A stretch of DNA of 64,000 nucleotides, from IMG/VR virus record IMGVR_UViG_3300020048_000062, positions 34,938 to 98,937 of that record. The stretch is one strand, 5' to 3'. The stretch is from a virus. The notes under the pieces are model-generated. The model saw only the letters and a program-made list of their open reading frames with translations, was not told where the DNA came from and did not search any database. Numbering within the stretch: the first letter of the stretch is position 1; the number at the start of each line of letters is the position of its first letter. Positions 48,001 through 55,599 of the stretch are shown here, in pieces. A program made the position numbers and the translations under genes.

Positions 48001-50473
48001 AACAGGTAGTGATAACATTGCACAAGGCTTTTGGGCATTATATAGTAACACAACAGGTACTGATAACATTGCACAAGGCTATTATGTATTATATAGCAAT
48101 ACTACGGGTACTAATAACATTGCACAAGGCAATAATGCATTATATAGCAATACTACAGGTAGTAATAACATTGCACAAGGCTTTGGGGCATTAGCACTTA
48201 ACACTACAGGTTGTGGTAATATTGCACAAGGCTTTGGAGCATTACAAGCCAACACAACAGGTACTGATAACATTGCACAAGGCAGTGGAGCATTATATAA
48301 CAATACTGAAGGTATTAGTAACATTGGTATTGGTCAATTTGCATTATCTAACAACACTACAGGTTGTAATAACATTGCACAAGGCTTTCAGGCATTATGT
48401 GCCAATACTTCTGGTTGTAATAACATTGCACAAGGCAATTCGGCATTACTTAACAACACAACAGGTACTAATAACATTGCACTAGGCAATAATGCATTAC
48501 GTGCCAACACAACAGGTTATGATAACATTGCACAAGGCAATTCGGCATTATATAGCAACACAACAGGTTGTCAAAACATTGCACAAGGCTTATGTGCATT
48601 ATATTACAATACTGAAGGTGCTAATAACATTGCACAAGGCTTTGTGACATTAATTAACAATACTACAGGTTCTAACAACATTGCACAAGGCAATGTGGCA
48701 TTAGCATTTAATACTACAGGTAGTGGTAATATTGCACAAGGCTATCAGGCAATGCAATACAATACTACAGGTAGTAATAACATTGCACAAGGCAATCAGG
48801 CATTATATAACAACAATACAGGTTGTAATAACATTGCACAAGGCTGTGAGGCATTATATAGCAACACAGTTAATAATCTTGTTGGAATTGGTACAAATGC
48901 ACTTCGTAGCAATACAACAGGTTGTTTCAATACAGCAATTGGTATGTGTGCACTTTACGCAAACACTACAGCTAGTGGTAACACGGCAATTGGTAGTAGT
49001 GTTTTAATTAAAAATACTAGTGGTAGAAATAACACTGCTAATGGTTATCAAGCATTAGCTTGTAATACAACAGGTTGTTTTAATGTAGCTAATGGCTCAT
49101 GTGCCCTCTTTAGTAATACTACAGGTTGTAATAACATTGCACAAGGCTTTCTGGCATTACGTGCCAACACAACTGGTTGTAATAATGTTGCTATTGGTCA
49201 TCAAGCACTATATATGAACACAGGTGGATGTGATAATGTAGCTAATGGTGCACTAGCACTCTTTAACAACACAACTGGTTATAATAATGTAGCTAATGGT
49301 GCATGTGCACTTTATAATAATACTGAGGGTTTTAGTAACGTAGCCAATGGTTATCAAGCACTCTATAGCAACACAGGTGGTGCTATTAATACAGCAAATG
49401 GTTATCAAGCACTCTATAGCAACACAACGGGTAACTTTAATGTAGCAAATGGTATGAATGCACTCTATAGCAACACAGAGGGTGAAAGTAATACAGCAAA
49501 TGGTGTGAATGCACTCAATAAAAATACTTATGGTAGTGATAACATAGCTAATGGTAGGCAAGCACTCTATTGCAACACAACGGGTAGTAATAACGTAGCT
49601 AATGGTTCATATGCACTTAATTGGAACATAACTGGTAGTAATAACGTAGCTAATGGTTATGAGGCACTTAATGAGAACGCAACAGGTTGTAATAACGTAG
49701 CAAATGGTTCATATGCACTTAATAGGAATACAACAGGTAGTAATAATGTAGCTAATGGAGTATGTTCATTACGCTGTAACACAACAGGTTGTAATAACAC
49801 AGCCGATGGTGCATGTTCATTACGTAATAACACAACAGGTTGTAATAACACAGCCGATGGTGTATGGGCACTCTTAGTTAACACAACTGGTAGTCTTAAT
49901 ACTGGAAGCGGTTATTCTGCATTACTTAGTAATCAAACTGGTTGTAATAACGTAGCTAATGGCGCAAATGCACTTTATAAGAATACAACTGGTTGTTATA
50001 ACACAGCTAATGGCTTTAATGCACTTTGTAATGTCACCACAGGTTGTAATAATGTTGCTATTGGTCAATGTTCAGGTGCTGATGCTTTACTCAATATCAC
50101 TACAGAAAGTAATTATGTTGTAATTGGTAATGACAGTACCACTTGTGCTGTAGCTAAAGTAGCTTGGACAACCACATCTGATGAAAGAGACAAGATGAAT
50201 ATCACATCAGTACCTTATGGATTAGATTTTGTAATTGAGTTAAATCCTATTGCTTATCAATTCAGGACATCAAGATGTATTGATGAACCTAATGGTGGTA
50301 TACGATATGGTTTTAAAGCACAAGACATATTAGCCTTAGAGGGTGAGAATCCAGTAATCATAGGAAATGACGACATTGAGCATTTGAAATATAATGAGTC
50401 ATCATTGATTCCAATATTAGTTAACGCAATAAAGGAATTGAGTGCAGAACTTAAATTACTTAAAGAAAGATAG
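45089..50473 (+). CDS. Tail fibre with a long 14-aa beta-roll repeat array and C-terminal intramolecular chaperone (peptidase S74)
   Basis: N(I/T/V)A.G..AL..NT.G.. repeats; TSDERDK.NI ... GF.AQD ... LIPILVNAIKEL. Confidence 0.88.
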   Translation: MSNIIKICVTDGVTTTQVFAKNIDDNFNAINSDVMLLSGDTYNKSETDLLLDDKLDISVFNVYTGNTDLLLNDKLDISVFNVYTGNTYTKSETDLLLDDKLDISVFNVYTRNTVSGASNGLTRVGNDITLGGTLIQDTNIDGNYTLSIGSDTKLNTANGYQISGVTILQIPLSGSNSIFLGHYAGSSGNTGANNIAVGSQTLHSNTSGYENIAVGCEALMSNTVGDCNVAIGAYALNRNTVGNCNLAIGGYALYFNASGCSNIASGAGALTFNTSGCYNVATGGHALRNNTTGSNNIGIGYQGAVGNTTGCNNIGIGNSTLSNSNIGHNNIALGNTALYLNTTGCDNVAVGYQALFNNASGCNNIGIGCQALYCNTEGSDNVANGAVALRNNTTGYGNTANGVCALFSNITGLYNTANGYQSLYCNTRGFYNTANGVQVLYNNTHGNWNTGNGVQALYNNIIGSNNVANGVCALFWNSSGCSNTANGYSALYNNRIGCYNTANGVEALYSNTEGCYNTANGYESLYSNTEGGYNSANGVQALFNNTTGEGNTANGYAALLSNTTGGYNVANGAVALRSNTTGEGNTANGYSTLFSNTTGNNNVANGFSALYMNTTGCRNTANGNQALYSNTTGNDNIAQGSQALYSNTTGNDNIAQGNSALINNTTGCYNIAQGLCALYSNTTGYNNIAQGNEALFNNTEGSNNIAQGSQALFNNTTGTDNIAQSGEALYSNTTGCNNIAQGYSALYYNTEGGDNIAQGYGALYSNTTGCNNIAQGSWALYTNTTGCDNIAQGSCALWGNISGGNNIAIGNSALQVNTTGGDNIAQGYQALLSNTTGSNNIAQGNSALINNTTGTNNIAQGFGALALNTTGRNNIAQGCEALYSNTTGCQNIAQGLCALRSNTTGSNNIAQGLCALRSNTTGRDNIAQGLCALYSNITGCNNIAQGNGALRSNTEGINNIAQGSSALRANTTGSDNIAQGFWALYSNTTGTDNIAQGYYVLYSNTTGTNNIAQGNNALYSNTTGSNNIAQGFGALALNTTGCGNIAQGFGALQANTTGTDNIAQGSGALYNNTEGISNIGIGQFALSNNTTGCNNIAQGFQALCANTSGCNNIAQGNSALLNNTTGTNNIALGNNALRANTTGYDNIAQGNSALYSNTTGCQNIAQGLCALYYNTEGANNIAQGFVTLINNTTGSNNIAQGNVALAFNTTGSGNIAQGYQAMQYNTTGSNNIAQGNQALYNNNTGCNNIAQGCEALYSNTVNNLVGIGTNALRSNTTGCFNTAIGMCALYANTTASGNTAIGSSVLIKNTSGRNNTANGYQALACNTTGCFNVANGSCALFSNTTGCNNIAQGFLALRANTTGCNNVAIGHQALYMNTGGCDNVANGALALFNNTTGYNNVANGACALYNNTEGFSNVANGYQALYSNTGGAINTANGYQALYSNTTGNFNVANGMNALYSNTEGESNTANGVNALNKNTYGSDNIANGRQALYCNTTGSNNVANGSYALNWNITGSNNVANGYEALNENATGCNNVANGSYALNRNTTGSNNVANGVCSLRCNTTGCNNTADGACSLRNNTTGCNNTADGVWALLVNTTGSLNTGSGYSALLSNQTGCNNVANGANALYKNTTGCYNTANGFNALCNVTTGCNNVAIGQCSGADALLNITTESNYVVIGNDSTTCAVAKVAWTTTSDERDKMNITSVPYGLDFVIELNPIAYQFRTSRCIDEPNGGIRYGFKAQDILALEGENPVIIGNDDIEHLKYNESSLIPILVNAIKELSAELKLLKER
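45221..45427 (+). repeat. Three near-identical coding repeats of about 60 bp
   Basis: gatttattatt..atgataaattggacattagtgtttttaatgtatacac three times (DLLLDDKLDISVFNVYT). Confidence 0.9.
45660..50070 (+). repeat. 42-bp coding tandem array, about 105 units; homogeneous core at about 46990-48860
   Basis: aacattgcacaaggc recurs every 42 nt in the core; flanks use gctaatgg (ANG) variants; count estimated as length/42. Confidence 0.92.
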
Positions 50474-50489
50474 GTTTAAATTAATAAAA

Positions 50490-50530
50490 GAGGGGATGAA
50501 GTACTGAAAAGATATTTCATCCTTTTTTTC
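50490..50530 (+). terminator. Intrinsic terminator
   Basis: ggatgaagta ... tatttcatcc followed by ttttttt. Confidence 0.65.
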
Positions 50531-50558
50531 ATTAAAAATGATATTTTTTTTAAAATGC

Positions 50559-50589
50559 TTGTATTTATGTAAAATGAAGACTACTTTTG
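50559..50589 (+). promoter_or_regulatory. Overlapping Bacteroidota-type promoter and GTATTTAT motif upstream of SSB
   Basis: TTG-N20-TACTTTTG, with GTATTTAT at 50561-50568. Confidence 0.7.
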
Positions 50590-50661
50590 TGGTGTTATTA
50601 AAATTGTAATTAATAATTGAAATAATAATTGTAAATAACTTTAACTGTAATCCAAATTAAA

Positions 50662-51924
50662 ATGGAAAATCAAGGCGGTCATGAAGACCTAAAACAAATG
50701 TTTTCTGATTATCAGAAAAAACAGACCCAAGGTTCGGGCAAAAAATCACGTGAAGACTTATTGGCGAAATATTTCGTACCACGTAAAACTAAAGAAATCT
50801 TTCGTATTCTTCCACCGAAGAAAAACAGGAAACACATTGAAGAAGCATTCTTTCATGTGGTTACCACTAATGCAGCTGGTGGCAAAAAGAAACACGGTAC
50901 AGTAATCTACTGTCCTGCGCACAACGACCAAAAAGTACAGAAAATGATTAATGGCGTACCACAACTTGACGGTAATGGCGCACCACTTATGATTCCTGCT
51001 GCTTGTCCTTTATGTGCACAAAACAAGAAATGGCTTGCAAAACAAGACCCTTCCTTAAAAGGTGTTAAAAAAGAGAATATGAATGCAACTCAGCTTGTTG
51101 TTAAAGCTAAGAATGATGAAATCTATAAGGAAGCCATTAAATGGGAAGCCAAGAAATTCTACATTGTTCGTGGTATCGACAAAGGTGCTGAAAAAGATGG
51201 TGTTAAATTTTGGAGATTCAAGAGCAACTTCAAAAACCAAGGTACACTCGACAAATTGCTTCCTATTCTAAACGAGTTCTACGAAAGCCAACAGGCAGAC
51301 TTTTCAAGTCCAGTTGATGGCACGGACTTAGCTATCATTATGACCGACAGTGAATTTAACGGTCACGTTTACAAAACTATTTCGGCTATTACTGCTCGTG
51401 GTAAATCACCACTTCATGCCGATTCACTTGTTGCAAGGCAATGGCTTGATGACGATATTACTTGGAGAGAAGTATTTCAACCTAAGAAAGCACCTAACAC
51501 CACTCCTTACGAGTTTCTTGAAATGGTTGCAAGCGGTTCAAACCCTTATTGGGATGATACTGACCAGACGAATAAACATTGGGTATTCCCCGGTCGTCCT
51601 GATTTAGAAGAACTTGCAAACAATCGTCAACGTAATCTTGACGCAGATACAGAAGATGATTTTGAACAAGCATCTGACCTTGATGAAGATTATGTTACAA
51701 TCAGTAACATCACCCCATCACAAGTTGGTACTTACAAAGACGATGCAATGGACTTAGGTAAAACTGCTATTGCTGAAACTGCACCAGTAAGTGCACCAGT
51801 AAGTGCACCAGTAGCTGCACCAGTAAGTGCACCAGTTGCACCAGTAAGTGCACCAGTAGCTAATCCGCTTGCTGAAACACCAGTTGCCGAAGGCGCAACA
51901 AATTACGATGATCTGCCATTTTAG
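50662..51924 (+). CDS. Single-stranded DNA-binding protein (T4 gp32-like)
   Basis: FRILP, CPAH...CPLC zinc site, G..FWRF, G.DL.I, acidic tail ending DDLPF; next to RecA. Confidence 0.8.
   Translation: MENQGGHEDLKQMFSDYQKKQTQGSGKKSREDLLAKYFVPRKTKEIFRILPPKKNRKHIEEAFFHVVTTNAAGGKKKHGTVIYCPAHNDQKVQKMINGVPQLDGNGAPLMIPAACPLCAQNKKWLAKQDPSLKGVKKENMNATQLVVKAKNDEIYKEAIKWEAKKFYIVRGIDKGAEKDGVKFWRFKSNFKNQGTLDKLLPILNEFYESQQADFSSPVDGTDLAIIMTDSEFNGHVYKTISAITARGKSPLHADSLVARQWLDDDITWREVFQPKKAPNTTPYEFLEMVASGSNPYWDDTDQTNKHWVFPGRPDLEELANNRQRNLDADTEDDFEQASDLDEDYVTISNITPSQVGTYKDDAMDLGKTAIAETAPVSAPVSAPVAAPVSAPVAPVSAPVANPLAETPVAEGATNYDDLPF
51781..51860 (+). repeat. Coding 12-bp tandem repeat (APVS/APVA)
   Basis: gcaccagtaagt and gcaccagtagct units. 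Confidence 0.85.
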
Positions 51925-51973
51925 AACGGAAAACTTTTTTAACCTTTCTAAGTATTTATAATAAACTTGAGAT

Positions 51974-52459
51974 ATGAAAAAGTGTATTAGATGTGGAAAT
52001 GTTAAGGAATTAGATGATTTCTATGTCCATCCCAAAATGAGGGATGGACATTTAAATAAATGTAAATGTTGTTGTAAAGAAGTTGCAGACTTTAGAGAAA
52101 AAAAACTGCGTGAAAATCCCGAATTTTGCGAAAAAGAACGATTAAGAAGTATAGAAAAATATAATCGTTTAGGATACTGTCATAAGCAAATGAAAGCGGA
52201 TAAGTTAAAAATTTATAAAACAGGTAAATATAAAAATCTTTCGAGAGATTTAAAACTATCTGTCAATGAAAATCCTCACCATTGGAACTATAATTTCATT
52301 GATGATGTAATTGTTATTGATAAAAAATTTCATCGATTTATACATCGTTATTTAGTGTTAGATGAAACTACATTAATGTTTGAAACAATTGAGGGCACTT
52401 TATTGGATACTAAAGAAAAACATTTATTATATCTCGAAAAAATAAGAACAATATTTTAA
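51974..52459 (+). CDS. Putative HNH-type homing endonuclease with N-terminal zinc ribbon
   Basis: KKCIRC...K....F......DG..N.CK.C; HHWNY...H..IH; own GTATTTAT at 51952-51959. Confidence 0.65.
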   Translation: MKKCIRCGNVKELDDFYVHPKMRDGHLNKCKCCCKEVADFREKKLRENPEFCEKERLRSIEKYNRLGYCHKQMKADKLKIYKTGKYKNLSRDLKLSVNENPHHWNYNFIDDVIVIDKKFHRFIHRYLVLDETTLMFETIEGTLLDTKEKHLLYLEKIRTIF

Positions 52460-52471
52460 TAAAGTTTAGAA

Positions 52472-53722
52472 ATGGCAATAAAAAAAGATGAAGACGTTCC
52501 ATCAAACAACAAAGGACGTAGACCAGCAGCACCTGTGGCAGCAACATCAGTAACGGCAGCACCTGCAAAAGCACAAGTGCCAACAGCAAAGAAAAATTTT
52601 GACATTAACAAATTCAGGACTAAGATTGCTTCACCAACAATGGTAGGCGTTAAAGAACTCCAATGGATTCCGATTGATGATGCGTTGGAACAGGCAACTG
52701 GAATGTTCGGTGTACCTAAAGGATATGTTACTCTTTTTAGAGGATACTCTAACACAGGTAAATCAACTGCTTTAATGCGTGCAGCAGTTAATGCACAGAA
52801 AGCTGGTGACTTCGTGGTTATCATTGATACCGAAGGTAATATCGACAAAGGAAACGTAAGGTTAACCAATATGGGATTTGATTGGAATGGCAATTACGAA
52901 ATTGTTAGGAATAAATGGATTGTCGATAACTTCACAAAGTTATATGATAAAGACAGAAAAGAAGCATCAATTGAAGACTTGGGAAAGGTAATGTATTATT
53001 ATCTCGACCTACAAGAACAGGGTGACTTACCATTTGATATATTTTTCGCAATTGACTCAATTGGTACTTTGAAGTGTACTCAATCAGTTAATGCTCTCGA
53101 ACATAACGATACCAACAACAACATGTGGAATGCTGGTGCTTATGAAAAAGCATTCATGTCACTGCTCAATAGCACTATTCCAAGTAGCAGAAGTCTTGAT
53201 AGTCCATATACTAATACAATTGCTGCTGTACAGAAAATTTGGTATGATAGTATGAATAAAGTAGTTAGACATAAGGGTGGTGAAACATTCTTCTCTGGTT
53301 CGAGGCTTATATATCACTTTGGTGGTATTTTAACTCACGGAACTGCAAGGGCAACTGCAACAAGTAAAGGTCGTGACGTTAACTTTGGATTCGAAAATAA
53401 AGTAAACATTGCAAAGAATCATGTTGATAGTGAAAGAGGCGGTATTTCAATGGAAGGTAAAATCATATCAACACCGTTTGGATTTATTGGTGCAGATAAA
53501 GCAAGTGTAGATGCATTCAAGAAACAAAGTATTCTTCATTTCCGTAATGCTTTTGAAGCAATTGGTGTATATGGTGTGGATGTTGACAACATGACCATTT
53601 CAGGTAAACCAATGGATGCCGATGGTAAAGTGATTGAAAAGTCATACACAGATAATCTTGTTGGAAGTGATATGCCTGATGATATCAATGTCGATGAAGA
53701 AACTGGAGAAATAAGAGAATAA
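52472..53722 (+). CDS. uvsX: RecA/UvsX-like recombinase
   Basis: GVPKG.V...G.SNTGKST, IIDTE, IDSIG, KGGE, KNH. Confidence 0.88.
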   Translation: MAIKKDEDVPSNNKGRRPAAPVAATSVTAAPAKAQVPTAKKNFDINKFRTKIASPTMVGVKELQWIPIDDALEQATGMFGVPKGYVTLFRGYSNTGKSTALMRAAVNAQKAGDFVVIIDTEGNIDKGNVRLTNMGFDWNGNYEIVRNKWIVDNFTKLYDKDRKEASIEDLGKVMYYYLDLQEQGDLPFDIFFAIDSIGTLKCTQSVNALEHNDTNNNMWNAGAYEKAFMSLLNSTIPSSRSLDSPYTNTIAAVQKIWYDSMNKVVRHKGGETFFSGSRLIYHFGGILTHGTARATATSKGRDVNFGFENKVNIAKNHVDSERGGISMEGKIISTPFGFIGADKASVDAFKKQSILHFRNAFEAIGVYGVDVDNMTISGKPMDADGKVIEKSYTDNLVGSDMPDDINVDEETGEIRE

Positions 53723-54786
53723 TGGAAACACGAACGTTATTAGTTGATGCTTCAAATCTTTTAAAACGTTCCTATCATGGAGCAAAAGATGTACAAACCG
53801 CCAAATTCGGGCATGTTGGCGGTTTGTATTCCTTTCTCACCACCATACGTATGCTCATTAAAAACCATATGATAAATAAAGTTGTGTTGGTTTGGGACGG
53901 AGAAGGTGGTGGCATATATCGTTATCGTATTGATATGGCATATAAGGCAAACCGAAAACACAAAGAATGGCATAAAAGAATAGAAATGACTACTGCTCAG
54001 ATTCGTGCAGAAAAAATGAAAGAGCAGTCCATTTTGAAACAAAGGTGTAGAATACAACAATATGCCGAAGAATTATTCTTAAGGCAAATCGAATGTGCCG
54101 ACATTGAAGCCGATGACCTAATTGCTGCATATTGTTTACGTCATAGTGATGATGAAGAAATTTGGTTGTATTCTAATGACCGTGATTTTGCACAATTCTT
54201 TGACTTGAACATTACAATATTGTTCCCAAATATTAATGTGCCAGTAACCAAGTCGAACTATATGATGCATTTTGATCATCACTACAGTAATGCATTAACA
54301 TTGAAGATTATTTGTGGCGATACTGCTGATAATATTGCTGGAATTAAAGGTGTCGGTGAAGATACTTTACTGAAATACTTTCCAGAATTAAAATTCAAAC
54401 ATGTAAGTGTAAGGGAAATTTGTCAAAAAGCAGCAGCAATTAATGCTGAAAGAATCTCTGGTAAGGGTAAGAACAAAAAGAAACCTATATTAGCACTTGA
54501 AAACATTGTAAATGGTGTTGAAAGATTGAAAATGAACTATCTGTTAACTAATTTGCGTGAACCAATGCTTAATGAAATGGCTGAACATGAATTAGAACAA
54601 TTAGAACTTCCATTATCACCAGAAGACCGTGGAACGAAACAATTACTACCTATGATGATGGCAGATGAATTTTTAACTGTGTATAAAAGTACATTCGTTC
54701 AATATATTGAGCCATTTTATACTGTCGTTATGCATGAGAAACAACTACTTACAGAGTTTCAAAAAAAGCATAAAAATAATTTATAA
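53722..54786 (+). CDS. 5'-3' exonuclease / flap endonuclease (T4 RNase H, PolI N-terminal-like)
   Basis: LLVDASNL, VWDG, YKANR, EADDLIA, SNDRDF.Q, GDTADNI.GIKGVGE.T. Confidence 0.92.
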   Translation: METRTLLVDASNLLKRSYHGAKDVQTAKFGHVGGLYSFLTTIRMLIKNHMINKVVLVWDGEGGGIYRYRIDMAYKANRKHKEWHKRIEMTTAQIRAEKMKEQSILKQRCRIQQYAEELFLRQIECADIEADDLIAAYCLRHSDDEEIWLYSNDRDFAQFFDLNITILFPNINVPVTKSNYMMHFDHHYSNALTLKIICGDTADNIAGIKGVGEDTLLKYFPELKFKHVSVREICQKAAAINAERISGKGKNKKKPILALENIVNGVERLKMNYLLTNLREPMLNEMAEHELEQLELPLSPEDRGTKQLLPMMMADEFLTVYKSTFVQYIEPFYTVVMHEKQLLTEFQKKHKNNL

Positions 54787-54791
54787 AAGTC

Positions 54792-54822
54792 TTTGAACTT
54801 TGAAAGATTGGCTGTACATTTG
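54792..54822 (+). promoter_or_regulatory. Bacteroidota-type promoter
   Basis: TTTG-N19-TACATTTG. Confidence 0.72.
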
Positions 54823-54854
54823 TAATGTTATAAACAATTTAAAACTTTAAAAAA

Positions 54855-55499
54855 ATGAGTGAAAAGGAATACAACAACGAGTTAAAATTTTCATTACATC
54901 AAGGCGATGTTCTACTATGTGAAAATATATTCGATGCAGACCAATTCAATCCCTTTACCAGATATTCTATTGATATTAGGGAAATTTTACCACGGGCAAT
55001 TACAAAATTGCAAAAATGTCTCTCCAAGAGAAGTTATCAAACAGATATTGAAGTTGGAAGAGAAGATGTTACAAACGAAGAAGGTGCACAGGTATCTTAC
55101 GAGCTATTCCAGTATCATCAAAAAATGATTAATTTGTATCCTCAATCATATAGGAACGAATTGCGTTACATTCCACAATCAATAGTTCAGCAGATTGAAG
55201 AAAAAACAATTAGGGGTGTTGAATGTAAGATTGGGTTATATATAAACAATAAGCCAATTGTGGAAAGGGTTTTTTATGTCGATGGATTTAATCCTGTCGC
55301 TAGGTGGTCAGCTGATGTTGTGTATGCAATGTCTGATATTACTGACTTAATCTTTGAAAAGATTAAGAAAAGTGATGTGAAGAACATGTGGGATGATTAT
55401 GATTTAATCAATCTTAGGGGATTATCTATTGTTGAGATAAGATGTCTCTCTCCCTTACAAAGAGAGCAAATGTTGAGAAGGCTTAATAAAACCACTTAA
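54855..55499 (+). CDS. Hypothetical protein in the replication block
   Basis: 214-aa ORF with an apparent internal duplication (IFDADQFNP..RYS.D / VFYVDGFNP..RWS.D). Confidence 0.7.
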   Translation: MSEKEYNNELKFSLHQGDVLLCENIFDADQFNPFTRYSIDIREILPRAITKLQKCLSKRSYQTDIEVGREDVTNEEGAQVSYELFQYHQKMINLYPQSYRNELRYIPQSIVQQIEEKTIRGVECKIGLYINNKPIVERVFYVDGFNPVARWSADVVYAMSDITDLIFEKIKKSDVKNMWDDYDLINLRGLSIVEIRCLSPLQREQMLRRLNKTT

Positions 55500-55516
55500 G
55501 CAATCAATAGTATATT

Positions 55517-55579
55517 GGTAGTCACACAAGGGTTTATTAATTTCATGTTATTTTCCCTATATTGTGACTGCCTTTTTTT
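55517..55579 (+). terminator. Terminator-like stem plus U-tract just upstream of the helicase
   Basis: ggtagtcaca ... tgtgactgcc followed by ttttttt; large internal loop. Confidence 0.5.
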
Positions 55580-55599
55580 AACATTCTTTTATTTACATA

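Noticed and set aside
46990-48860. Regularly spaced aacattgcacaaggc resembling a CRISPR array
   Set aside because: The period is 42 nt, in frame within a 1794-aa ORF; the intervening sequences are similar to each other and there are no cas genes
47100-49884. Alternative-frame and antisense ORFs with periodic sequences (e.g. ITLHKA repeats)
   Set aside because: Shadows of the 42-bp coding repeat; no start context
45089-50473. Diversity-generating retroelement target
   Set aside because: No reverse transcriptase or template/variable repeat pair in the window, and the variation is not adenine-specific
13740-52459. Group I introns around the three endonuclease genes
   Set aside because: Flanking genes (tube, methyltransferase/wecB, SSB/RecA) look complete and the spacers are too short for a ribozyme core
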